Part shown: one piece after another, positions 39,717 to 51,082 of the stretch
Position numbering within the stretch: position 1 is the first letter of the stretch
How the letters are laid out: the number at the start of each line of letters is the position of its first letter
Assembly (NCBI RefSeq): GCF_026571515.1
Contig: NW_026863541.1
Coordinates: 310,001 to 374,000 of the forward strand
Length of the DNA stretch: 64,000 nt
Source: Ruditapes philippinarum
Taxonomy: Eukaryota
Direction of reading: 5' to 3'
Translations under genes and position numbers: made by a program
Notes under the pieces: generated by a model
What the model saw: only the letters and a program-made list of their open reading frames with translations
Told to the model about the DNA's origin: nothing
Database searches by the model: none

Positions 39717-40668
39717 TAGCATAAATCTGGAGGCGTGCTGGTTAAAAAGCAGCAGAAAAAAGGAAGTTGTCACTTTGAAGGTCACATGACTGAAATGAAC
39801 AGTATTTTGATGAATTTGACACATGGCTACAAAATATCGTTAGTGCATCACTACTGACAAATCATTAAACATGTATATATTTTTGTTTATTCAAAGCATT
39901 TTAGATGATGGAGAAAAAAACTTTGTATTAATGAATGCTTTTAAAACTGGTACACAATGGCGAATTGTTGCCAGTAATGAACCGTGCAAAAAGCATAGAA
40001 TCCGGATTAATTATTTAAAATATTCAATTAGCAAACCCATAGAATCACAGGGTACGTTTTATCATGTCTGTCGTGAGGGTGCCATATTCAACGAAATCTG
40101 ATACACGCAGAAGCCGAAAACCTGTTACGTGATTATTATTATTGCTCCGCGCGGAGCTATTTGTGTTTACTATTTTTTATGTCCATGGACCCGGATTTGA
40201 TCAATTAATCCCTTCGATTTACAGCTAAAAGTAAATCCGCATTCAAGACCTCCTTTCGATTTCTATATTGGTTTCCCCTTCGGTGATTCGCAGCATGGCT
40301 CCGGCCCGCAGGGAATGAGAACAGGAAAGCAGTTCTGCTGTCCATGAATTCGAAAGCTATAAATAGCTATAAATGTTCTGATTTTTGACACTTAGGTTAT
40401 AAATTGTTATTTCCCCTTTTTAGTTGTACATGAAACTATAATTTGTTACATTTTAAATTACATTTACACACAGCATATCAAGTATACTATTAGTGACTGA
40501 ATTTGTCAATATGAAGAATATTTCAGGCATAAGACTTTAATAATTTTGCTTTTGATAATTATTTTTAATTTATATTTATGAAATTAAGTGTTTAATAATA
40601 ACATGTTGATATATTGGTTGTTTTGAAATAATTAAACTTTAGTATATAAGGTTACATTTCATTGGCGT

Positions 40669-40850
40669 CTTCTCACTTCCCCTCGGAGCGTGCACGTCGC
40701 TGAGAAGGCACAGGGCATCGGCAGAAGATTTACAACTTGGCTTGGTAGACAACTTAAATTTTGCCTTCAACTGTGGGCGGTAACTACGGAACTCGTACTT
40801 CGTCACTTCTGCGGACCAGCTGCCGATGTCCTGACTAATGCCGAGGGGAG
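40669..40850 (+). ncRNA. Candidate HDV-like ribozyme with long P4 insertion
   Basis: P1 CUUCUCA/UGAGAAG, P2 CCCCUCGG/CCGAGGGG, P3 GCG/CGC, L3 UGCACGU, P1.1 GC/GC, P4 14 bp, J4/2 ACUAA, all in the canonical nested order. Confidence 0.55.
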
Positions 40851-41111
40851 TGGCCCTACAAAGTAGGCTGAGACGACGAGGATGGTGTGCTAGGGTGCGT
40901 GAGCCCCTAGTGCAGATAGACGGCTTGTAAGGCAGGCCTATAGCTGGCACACAACAGCCCTTTTCAGGGCTACAAACACCTTTCCTATTGTCACAGGTTA
41001 CTGTACATTTAGGTTCTCATTGACCGCCGTACAGTGACCTACTTTTCGGCTCAAAATTCATATCTTTGGCTAATACTCCGTGGAAATTGCATGGAGGTAA
41101 ATTATCATCAT

Positions 41112-41394
41112 TTTGTGCTTCAAAATTAACTCTTTAAGGACATGACTGGTGACATGTCCGGGGTCCGTACTCGACAGCGCAAGCTGCATTTTGTGCCCGA
41201 AAGGGCGGATGGACCCTCATTAAGCATTAACTACATACATACATACATGCGTCATTGGTGTAGCATACCACTTTGTGCTTCAAAATTAACTCTTTAAGGG
41301 TATGACTGGTGACATGCCCGGGGTCCGTACTCGACAGCGAAAGCGGCCTTACGAGCGGATAGACCCACATTAAGCATAGGCTATAGATAGATAG
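41112..41394 (+). repeat. Two diverged tandem copies of a ~110-nt structured motif with microsatellite tails
   Basis: 41112-41227 followed by (TACA)n and 41272-41377 followed by (GATA)n. Confidence 0.85.
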
Positions 41395-42839
41395 CATCAT
41401 TGATAACAACAGAAACTTTGATCTGCAGTTTGAACATGAAGTGTAATGTTTTTTATGAATGGTTTTAAAGCAATTCAAAAACAAAAAAGTATATTGATCT
41501 CCCAAAAAAATCAATTAACAATAGTTTTTTTTATATATCACCAATGTCAAATAGCTTAAATTATATCTTTGACTCCCACGAACATGATGTAAGTGAATTT
41601 TCCTCATACCTGCCTAAAATTCAGGTTACCAGTTCTATTATATTGATAAATACTGTATCACCATGTAACGCGTGGTATAACAAACAAAAAATTCCTATTT
41701 GGTCTTTTTGAAATTCATCCCATTTTTTTTCATTCCAGAGTGTGTTCTACTTTCAGTATTGAAGAAACCATTTTTTTTAATTTGACATGAAAAATTGCAT
41801 GATATATTACGATATTATCAAAATTAGTCCCTTTTTATTACTATTTGTATATTTGTAACAATTACAATGATAAAAAAACAGACTTTGATATTTTTATCAT
41901 CTTATGTTACTGACTACAGTAGTGACACAAACAGAACACAGTACATTCATGTCACATAACATTTACAAGTCTTAAAAGTCTTGTTTGTATTCAATGGAAT
42001 TACTTTCCTTACCAGGTAGGCATCAGTGAAAGCATTTTTTATTTTAAACATTTTCCCCTCTTTTTAATTATGGACAGTGCATAAGATAAGTATAATTATT
42101 TAAAAAAATGGTTGACAAAACATTCGGAAAAAATCTACAATAGTACTTAATCTGAATATAACATGACCTGTGCGTAGGAATAATGTAATGAGCACATTTT
42201 TTTGCGTGGAGCTTCTCAATTGCTGCATTGCAGCAACATTTGTACTTGTGTCAAATGTTTTTTCTACAAATTTACATTCTTTGTTTCGGTCGGAACTCCT
42301 CGTCTATTATTCTAATCCTAAGTTTTACAGATTCTTTGTGTATTATTGTATACGTGACTGATGCCTCTAAGAGGCCCAGCATTTTCAATAAACTGTTCAA
42401 ACTGTTCAGAAACTTGTAGTTGTGTTTGAGTCAAAAGAAAAAAGGGAAGCACGAAAATCAACGCACCTGAAATTTAATGATGTTTCGGTAAATTTTCAAT
42501 CGTACACTTTCAGTTAAAACATATGGAGCATTTTGAATGTGTGCTCGTCTGTCGGAGATCGTAAAATGTTTATTATTAAATGGCCGAGGGATTTAAGTTG
42601 TTAACTGACAATTACAAAACAATTGTTGGGTAAAAACAAGTAATAAAGAGTCCGAACAGTGATAATCGTTGGGCCTTTAAAATAGTTAAACCTTTTGTTG
42701 TGTATGGGGCAAATTTACATTAAATTAATTGTATCAAATATCCCCCCCGTTTTTTTTTAAAACTTAATTTCCTAATGTAAAAAAAAATAACTTTTTTAAT
42801 TCATGAAGCAGGTTTGTGTTTTAGTATATATATTATACT

Positions 42840-43033
42840 AATTTATTTAAGCTCGATTGTGTTGGAAGCTACAAGCTTATTGAAACATTCTCGAATCCGT
42901 CCCTGGAACCAACCAGTACTAAGCAATGAGTGTAAAGTTTCTTGCTCAAGGAAACAACGGCTTGCCCGGGACGGGGTTTGAACCCTCGCGGGCAGCAATC
43001 CTTAGATTTTAACCACTCGGCCACGCCGCCACT
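42840..43033 (-). mobile_element. tRNA-derived SINE family A, most complete copy
   Basis: Reverse strand: GTGGCGGCGTGGCCGAGTGG...GGGTTCAAACCCC...GAGCAAGAAACTTTACACTCATTGCTTAGTACTGGTTGGTTCCAGGG...A-rich tail. Confidence 0.85.
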
Positions 43034-43244
43034 CATTGGTGTTTAAGGGGTATTACTCTTTATCATCATTAGTGTATGATCTTTGTTAATAAGAAACTTC
43101 ACAATATTTACTAGTTTTAAGTGTTCGTATCAGGCTATAACATCAGCAACCTTAACGACCAAAAATTATTGCCATAATCATCGGCATTAATGTTGCTTTG
43201 TTGAAAATAAATGAAATTTGACATCGCATAACGAATTTGTACAT

Positions 43245-44140
43245 AACCTGAAGGAAATCTCTGTAAACTCAGATTTGTACAGAACCTAAAAGAAATCTCT
43301 TTAAACACGGATTTGTACAGAACCTAAACGAAATCTCTGTAAACTCGGATTTGTACAGAACCTAAAAGAAATCTCTGTAAACACGGATTTGTACAGAACC
43401 TGAAACAAATGTAAACCCGGATTTGTACAGAACCTAAAAGAACTCTCTGTAAACTCGTATTTGTACAGAACCTGAAAGTAATCTCTGTAAACACGGATGT
43501 ATACAGAACCTAAACGAAATCTCTATAAACTCAGATATGTACAGAACCTAAAAAATATCTGTAAAGTCAGATTTGTACAGAACCTGAAAAAAATCCCTGT
43601 AAACACGGATTTGTAAAGAACCTTAAAGAAATATCTGTAAACTCGGATTTGTACAGAACCTGAAAGAAATCTCTGTAAACTTGAGTTTGTACAGAACCTA
43701 AAAGAAATACCCGTAAACTCGGTTATGTACAGAACCTAAAAAAAAATCTCCGTAAACTCGGTTTAAGAAATCTCTGTAAACTCGGATTTGTAAAGAACCT
43801 AAAAGAAATCTCTGTAAATTCGGATTTATATCCGTAAACTCGGATTTTTACAGAACCTTAAAGAAATCTCTGTAAACTCGGATTTGTACAGAACCTGAAA
43901 GAAATCTCTGTAAATTCGGATTTGGAACCTGAAAGAAATCTCCGTAAACTCGGATATTTACAGAACCTAAAAGAAATCTCTGTAATCTCGGATGTGTACA
44001 GAACTTAAAAGAAATCTGTGTAAACATGGTTCTGTACAGAACCTTAAAGAAATCTCTATAAACTCGGATTTGGAACCTGAAAGAAATCTCCGTAAACTCG
44101 GATTTTTTACAGAACCTGAGAGAAATCTCTGTGAACTCAA
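43245..44140 (+). repeat. 38-bp minisatellite, about 23 copies
   Basis: Unit AACCTAAAAGAAATCTCTGTAAACTCGGATTTGTACAG. Confidence 0.95.
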
Positions 44141-44854
44141 GTTTGGATTTTTTCATAAGGTAATATTTGACTTCCGGATACACGTGTTTCTTGATTCCCT
44201 GCACCAGATGCAAAGACAAAAACCTTGCAGATGTTTTGGAATTCACTTTAGTGAATGAATTATATTGAAATAGTACTCGTATCTTGTCACAATACAATGG
44301 TCGCTGAATCCACCAGCATAGTGTGGTAACTCTAAACTAGAGCAAACAAATTCTCCAGTTACACGATCGAATATTGTGATAAAACTGACAAAAATGTTTT
44401 AATAATTTATAGATAAGTCATCCGGGGTAAAACATTGAAGAATATTTAAGTGCGCTCGCATTCAAACTTGAATTAATATTTCAAATCTGTGTTCATTTTT
44501 TTCTATCAAAAACTATAGTGAATTAATAGATACATATTAAGCCATGAATATAACATAACTTAATAAAGGCATTAGGCATACGTAATGAAGCGTATGGATT
44601 GTTTGAATGGTGTATTATACCGAGTGAAACCAGTACATCATCTTGTCGAAACATATTGTTTCCTGTCCCAATATTATAGAAGCTGTCAAAAGCATGTATT
44701 CCCTGATAATTTCAAGTTTATTTTTCATTTTTCGTCTGTTTCTGCAAAAACTGAATTACACTGTCAGCTTTAATTAAATGCAAGGCAGTTTCCATTTCGT
44801 CGTCTGCTTATCTCAATATATCTTATATTATTGCAGACGGCATACATTCGAAGC

Positions 44855-45196
44855 AGGACAGTTCCATTACACATGATAGTACCATATCACCGGACAAGTC
44901 CATTTACACAGGACAAGTTCATTAACCAGAACAGCTCCATTCAAACAGGACAGGTTCATTATACAATACTGTATAGGTTCATTACATAGGGCAGGTTAAT
45001 TATACAAGATAGGTTCATTACATACGGCAGGTTCAGTTAACAAGATAGGTTCATTACAAAGGACAGGTCCATAACACTTGACAGTCCCATAACACAGGAC
45101 AGTTCCATTATATCGGACAGTTCCATTTACACAGGGCAGGTAAATTACACAAGATAAGTTCGTTACACAAGAAAGTCACATTACACTGGACAAGTC
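44855..45196 (+). repeat. Degenerate ~19-bp minisatellite
   Basis: Unit approximately ACAGGACAGKTYCATTAC. Confidence 0.85.
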
Positions 45197-45204
45197 AATT
45201 ATTT

Positions 45205-45540
45205 AGAGAAAAGGGCGAAGTAGAAGAAAAAAGGAAGAAGAAAAGCCGGAATGGTAAGATTATAATGATGAAGAAGAAGAAAAAGAAGAAGAAAGAATAA
45301 GAAAGAGAAGAAGAGAAAGAAGAAAAAATGACGAAGAAACATTAGTAGACGGGGAAGAAACGAAGAGAAAAGGATAAAGAAGATGAAAAAGAGAAAAGAG
45401 ACGATGGTGATGATGAAGAAGAGGAAGAGGAAGAATTGGTAGGATAATGAGAAGAAAAAGATGAAAATGTAGAATAAGAAGAGGGAAAGGAAGAAGGAGA
45501 AAAAGAAGGGGAAGAAAGGAAGAAGAGAAAAGAGAGACAA
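45205..45540 (+). repeat. Purine-rich (GAA-derived) low-complexity tract
   Basis: Almost entirely A/G on the plus strand. Confidence 0.9.
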
Positions 45541-46675
45541 AACTCTAAACAATGAATAGCGTTGTTTCATTTAATTAATCCACCCTTATGAGACGCTCGC
45601 TTAATATACACAATACATGTGAGCATGTTAATATGTGAAAACAATATCTTCAACTGGCGGGCCCAATTATAACTCACAACCACATTAACAACAATACCCA
45701 ATTGCTAAACATCAAAAATAATAATAATTTAATAATAAAAAAAAAACCGTGACTATTTATAAGAACCGCCGGGGATAATATAAATTCCTACATGAATAAA
45801 ATCAAGTTAAACCTCGTCTAATAACTTCAACAGTATATCACTTATTATCAAGTATTTTAAATTAAATGTCAAATCGCACAATATTGTGAAATCGTTCGCA
45901 CGTCTTCTATAGAAATATAGTGCATAAATAAAGTATCAGATTTTAATATTTTTCATCTAAATGTTTTGAATATAATGTCCACACTATTGGTATCTGACTC
46001 AAATTTCCTGTCTTTTTCAATGAACCATATTTTTTTCTTGAATACATTAAAGATCATATTTGAAAGATAAGCAGGATTTATTGTTGAAATGTTGGGAGTC
46101 ACTGCTTTAATATTTTAAGCCAAATTGATGCATTATACGATTTTAATTTACGTTTTTTTAGCGGATTCCAAATGTTCTTTAATTTTTGGTTGAGGTTTAT
46201 TAAGTCAGACGGGCACTGTTCAGGTAATGTGGCGGCGTTCCAGCAAATATCCTCCGGCGCCCCATCATGCATTATTTCAGGCACCTGTGTAGAACCGCTG
46301 CTTTATGAAAGAATCTCAAAGTCCCGGGTAGGATTTATACACAGTGATGGTGAGGACAGGGGTGGTGGAAGGGGGATGGGAAAAGAGGCAAGTGGTTCGA
46401 GATCATCGTTCTTGAAATATCAGTTCATATATGATATGGTTTCCCCACACGTTATAACTTTACTAAACTTAACAGATAAGTAAAATATCATTTAAGACTA
46501 TAACTAAATTATAAATATTCGGCATGGATCTGATCGTTTTGGATAGATATTTGTTAATCTTTATTCCTAACAATGTAAGATCTATGTTCAAATTCCCCCC
46601 TTTTAATATTTGTAACTTTTCCAAAATAGGTTTGTGTATTAAATTTTACACGCGTAATCATTTCATATACAAAAA

Positions 46676-46795
46676 TTTTTGACACCTTGAGTTGCTATAA
46701 GTTTGTAACACCCAAGGTTAGCTAAATCATCATTCCTGTTTCGGCACCATATAACCGAATTTGTGTTGGTGTGCCGTAAAACCAAACCAAAGGAA
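46676..46795 (+). mobile_element. SINE-like 3' fragment, family C
   Basis: Inverted homologue of 4615-4741; ends GCCGTAAAACCAAACCAAA. Confidence 0.7.
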
Positions 46796-47390
46796 GGATT
46801 ATGAGATATGATCTGCAATCAAAAACATTTACTCATTTATCTCAACTAGGGTATATATTGTAATATATAATATACCCTGACTTGACCAATCAAAATCGAG
46901 TTCACTTGACTTTTTATAAAATGATTTAATCTTGAATAAAATTAACAAATTCCATATTCAATGTAATCTCACTAACTTTTTTAAATAATCAACCTATTCC
47001 ATATGTAGAAACAATTATAACATTCAATTATAGAATAACAATCAAATACATTGTATACAAAAACTGTACACAATTGTTTTCTAAATGAATTACAAAAACT
47101 TAACATATGCTGATAAAATAAGTATTTTACAAACGTATCCTCAGTGAATGACAATACTTTTGAAATACAAATTCATTCATGAAAGAATTAACAGTTATTT
47201 CAGTTACATAAATAGAAAATGCTGACAATTTCATCAAAAACTTAAAATAATTATTCAGTTTTTTTCTTTACCAAGTCATTTGCCTAAACCAAATGACATC
47301 ATAAATAATCTAATGACATCATATCTAATATGAAATAATATATCTAATATAATCATGTCACATTTAGTATCATGGTTAATCATTGACTCT

Positions 47391-47580
47391 GGTGACCTTG
47401 ACCTTTCACCCTCTCACCATGGAAATACTGTTTCAGTTTCACACATCTTTCTGTTTGGAGACTGCATACGAAACAACTTCCATGTTATGGTTAGGGTTCA
47501 TGTTTTGTGACAGACAGACAGACAAACAGTCATACTAAAACAATATGCTCTCCTGATCTATCGATCTGAGATCATAAAAA
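47391..47580 (+). mobile_element. 3' remnant of a pearl/HINE-type element
   Basis: GGTGACCTTGACCTTT, (GACA)n microsatellite, terminal CAATATGC...GATC...GATC...CATAAAAA. Confidence 0.6.
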
Positions 47581-47744
47581 TTAAATGTGGAGATACCTGA
47601 ATGTATTTAAATCTTTAAAATATACGTGGAAATTATATTCCCCATGTGGTAAACATAAATGTATATAATTTTATATTATAAAGTTTATATTTATAATAAA
47701 CCGTAACAACTAACTAACACACAATGGTTCATCAAGTTCATATT

Positions 47745-47818
47745 GTCACCTTAGTGCAATAACTGGTTAACTCCTATTAAAGTTAGAAGGACTTAACCTC
47801 TTACTGCACTAAAGTGAC
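47745..47818. repeat. ~75-bp hairpin mini-element, copy 1
   Basis: GTCACCTTAGTGCA ... TGCACTAAAGTGAC; near-identical copy at 54272-54355. Confidence 0.8.
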
Positions 47819-47866
47819 ACAATTTATTATGACCAGCTTCATGTCTAAATATTGCCAAACATGTCC

Positions 47867-47986
47867 TTAAAGCAGCATGCCTCCAGATTCTTGCTAATTT
47901 TCATGAAAATTTTGAAAATATATTTGGGAGTTACAAATTTGATTTTCTTGAAATATTTTGGCTCATCTGGAGGCGTGCAGCTTTAA
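47867..47986. mobile_element. Family K1 internally deleted copy (opposite orientation)
   Basis: TTAA|AGCAGCATGCCTCCAGA...TCTGGAGGCGTGCAGCT|TTAA. Confidence 0.85.
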
Positions 47987-48809
47987 TGCCATGTTCAAAT
48001 TCCATACACCCTGTATTCAAATACAAAACCTACAACTATTTTCAAGGCATGTGCATGTATATTCAACTATGCATTGATCTCTCCAACAGAGATTTCTACA
48101 TGTTTAAATCAGAACAAAAATAATATTTTAGGCATTTCATAATATATATATATGAAAGAGAATTCAAAACATTTCAAATATATACAAATTTTCGATATAA
48201 GGTTAAAATAACAACAACAATAAATACAACGATTCTTAAGAAACAGTAATAAAAGAAAATTGCACATCTTATATATCTGAACAGAATTATGGCACTGGAA
48301 AAGGTAGGTGGAATGCTGATGTCATAAATAACAATCTCAACATATATGATGTCATAAATAATGATGTCATAAATAACAAACTAAACAGACATGATGTCAT
48401 AAATATAAATATCAAATCAGATACAGTCCTCTTAAGTCTGACTGTTACTGTGGTGTAATGAAAAAGTCGGGATAAAGTTAAAGCCACTCTGACCATGTTA
48501 ACATAATGTCACTTGATGACTTTCCAATTAAACTTAAATCAGGCTTAATGTGTACTTCTGCACAATATTAAGGCAAAAATCAACATCCTAGTTTAACCCT
48601 ACAACCTTTATTATGTTTTCTGAATGGCTTACATACAGATGGGAAGAACTTGGGTCTCATAAAAAAAAACACACACACACACAGAAAAACAACATGTAAA
48701 TAGTAAATGGATGCCTTGCAAGTTTTAAAAACTTAGTCTATAAAGCCACACATCTGCTGTCAGTAGTTTACAAAATTTTGGTCTGAATTTGAGAAATATA
48801 ATTCTAAAA

Positions 48810-49137
48810 TAAGGCCCATGATGCCTAAGCAATGTTTTTATTTTCCTTCCACAAAAGCTTTTATCTACAGTTTATTTTCAGTGTCCTGAAATAGTTTCAA
48901 AGAAGTTCCTCCTGGGCTCTGTTGTCTTTTACAATTAAAATACACTTATAGTGATATTTTATATGGATGTCAAAATACTACTTTGTTAAGATGTTGCTAC
49001 TTTTATGACAAATTATTTTACATTCAGCGCTACTTTCTTCAGATGAATGGCATCTAAAATACTCTAAAACCATTATTTAAACGCGATATAACTCACGTTA
49101 GAAAAATATTTGTGTCTGAGGTATAATGTACCTTTAA
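48810..49137. mobile_element. TTAA-flanked family K2
   Basis: TAAGGCCCATGATGCCT ... AGGTATAATGTACCTTTAA; homologous to the 31644 copy. Confidence 0.65.
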
Positions 49138-49563
49138 TAAAAGTAATATGCTATGGTCAATCTCCAAATATTCAATTAAGTGCTGGTGAAAACTTGATTC
49201 AGTAAGACAGTCATATCACAATATAGTTGTTGTTATTAGTCAGTTTAATGTCCCACCACCACTGTAATGGTTATATGGCGACTTTCCAGCTTTATTGGTG
49301 GAGGAAAACTAGGGGTGTCCCTCAGGTGAATTTAATAAATTTTTGAAGGTTTAAACAACCAGGGCAAAGCAGGGACTTGAATATTTGGATTATCAAATCT
49401 TCAGTAAAGATGTCACCCGACTGCAGGATCTAGCTACATATGACATTAAGACTTAAATTGATTCTAGTTATAAACAAAGTAGATGAACTTCTGAGACACC
49501 CCTTGTACATTAACAGGCCGATTAACTTTATAAAGTAAATTGAATCAATACCTCATGACTCAC

Positions 49564-49924
49564 TTAAAGGAACTCCACTGAAGTCCAAAGATGTAATATA
49601 ATAAAATTTGAAAATCATACAAATATCAATGGAAGCACTTAAAATGGAAAAATCTGCAAAGAATAAAAAAACAACTTTAGATTAAACTGAAAATTGATTT
49701 TCAGCTGATTCTTAGTCAGATATGAGTGAAAAGCAATGTAACAATTTTCAGTTTTGGCCTTTTTTTTCACAAACAAGAATTATTCTGGAAAAACTGGGAG
49801 AAGGAATAAGCTAAAAATTTCAACACAAGTTGATGGATAAAAACTACATTAATTGGTAAACACATCTCTGAAAAAATATTTTCAGTCCAATCATGTTCAA
49901 AAATCCTCAACGGAGTCCCTTTAA
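49564..49924. mobile_element. TTAA-flanked element with short TIRs
   Basis: TTAAAGGAACTCC ... GGAGTCCCTTTAA. Confidence 0.6.
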
Positions 49925-50708
49925 CAATATACAACAGTTTAATACTAAGCCATTAAATTGCATGCATATTTTATTTTTTCATTGAATAGAAAAATAAAAC
50001 AAGTATCTAATAAAAATTGATTTTTTCCATGAATTACCATTTCAATTTCTTTTGAAATAATACAAAATTCATTATTGAATACATCATTTCTTACCATAAA
50101 AGTGAAATATTATACTCTCTTAATTAACATTTCACAAAGCCAAGTTCTGGTATCTAAAAATCACACTGGTATCTAAAAATCACAAATTACAATTTATCTC
50201 TTTAATTCTCTTCAGTGGAATCATAAACAGTGAATTTCCTGTGTATTATTAAAACAATATTTCATTAATATTTCATATTTGAATTGCTCATGAAACCAGT
50301 GGGGGATTATAGAGATTATTGAAAAAAAAAACTTCAACAATACAAAATTACGAAAAAGCAAAGGTAAATCAAAGGTAAACTGTATAGAAAACTAAAATTT
50401 ATAGCTTTTGATCAATCTGGTAAACACCGATTATTATTCTAACCTCAGGGTTAAGTTTTGTAAAATTTCAAACTTTCCTACTTTTTGGCTAAGTTTATAT
50501 TTTATATATGAATGACCTTATAATAAGGAATGAATTCATAGTTACAATTTTCCTAATCTCTGGGTTATTTTTGAAAATTTAAAAGTTTCTTTTTTTTGGT
50601 GTGTGTGTGTGGGGGGGGGGGGGGTGTCTTGGTATCTTTTTGACATATGAATGACCTTGTATCATGACTACAGAATATCAATTTTTCACTTTTATGACCA
50701 AACTGAAT

Positions 50709-51082
50709 AATAATATCTGTCATATTTTGCGGTTCGGATCGGAATATCCGTCCCGAGGTGATCCGCCCATGGGCGGGTGACCGAGGGACGGATATTCCTA
50801 TCCGAACCGCAAACATATGTCAGATATTTTTTCTTGCATATTCTACCATATTCCATTATATTTTTAATTCTTTATCTTTATTTTCTATTAAAATTTATAT
50901 CATTACTACCGTAACTACTTTCATTCAACAGCGTATGAATTACAAAATCATTCATAACGGTAAAATGACGTCATCTTTATCGTGCAATTGTACAGCACGC
51001 GACTCATCTGGAACCCCCCATGCCAGATGAAATTTCCGGCATGGGTAAAACTAACGGAAACGCCAGTCTGATATGCAAGAAA
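50709..51082. mobile_element. Hairpin-ended element, GC-rich palindrome plus IR-bounded body
   Basis: AATATCTGTCATAT...CGGAATATCCGTCCC / GGGACGGATATTCC...ATATGTCAGATATT palindrome; then TTTCTTGCATA (50830-50840) ... TATGCAAGAAA (51072-51082). Confidence 0.8.

Larger units (their letters stand above)
37472..39745. mobile_element. Family K1 copy split by nested insertions (37472-37750 + 39717-39745)
   Basis: Left TIR TTAAAGCTGCATAACTTCAGATG; right end TAGCATAAATCTGGAGGCGTGCTGGTTAA continues where the 28006 copy reads AATT|AGCAT. Confidence 0.8.

Noticed and set aside
40665-40965. 7SK, RNase P/MRP or telomerase RNA
   Set aside because: No GAUC-repeat 5' stem, no P4 consensus (GGAAGGUCUGAG or GAAAGUCCCC) and no CUAACCCU template on either strand.
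41112-41377. snRNA or spliced-leader RNA on the minus strand (Sm-like AAUUUUGA)
   Set aside because: No match to U1-U12 features that I can recognise; G-U and GNRA patterns favour the plus strand.
42358-42415. CTGATG-CCTCTAAGAGG as a second hammerhead
   Set aside because: Lacks the CUGANGA and GAAA cores; looks like a retroposon 3' tail (AATAAACTGTTCAAACTGTTCA).
43245-44297. 38-bp array as a CRISPR array or repeat protein
   Set aside because: Units are head-to-tail with no unique spacers, 38 is not a multiple of 3, there are no cas genes, and the context is eukaryotic.
45199-45570. 123-aa Phe/Leu-rich ORF
   Set aside because: Reverse translation of the polypurine tract.
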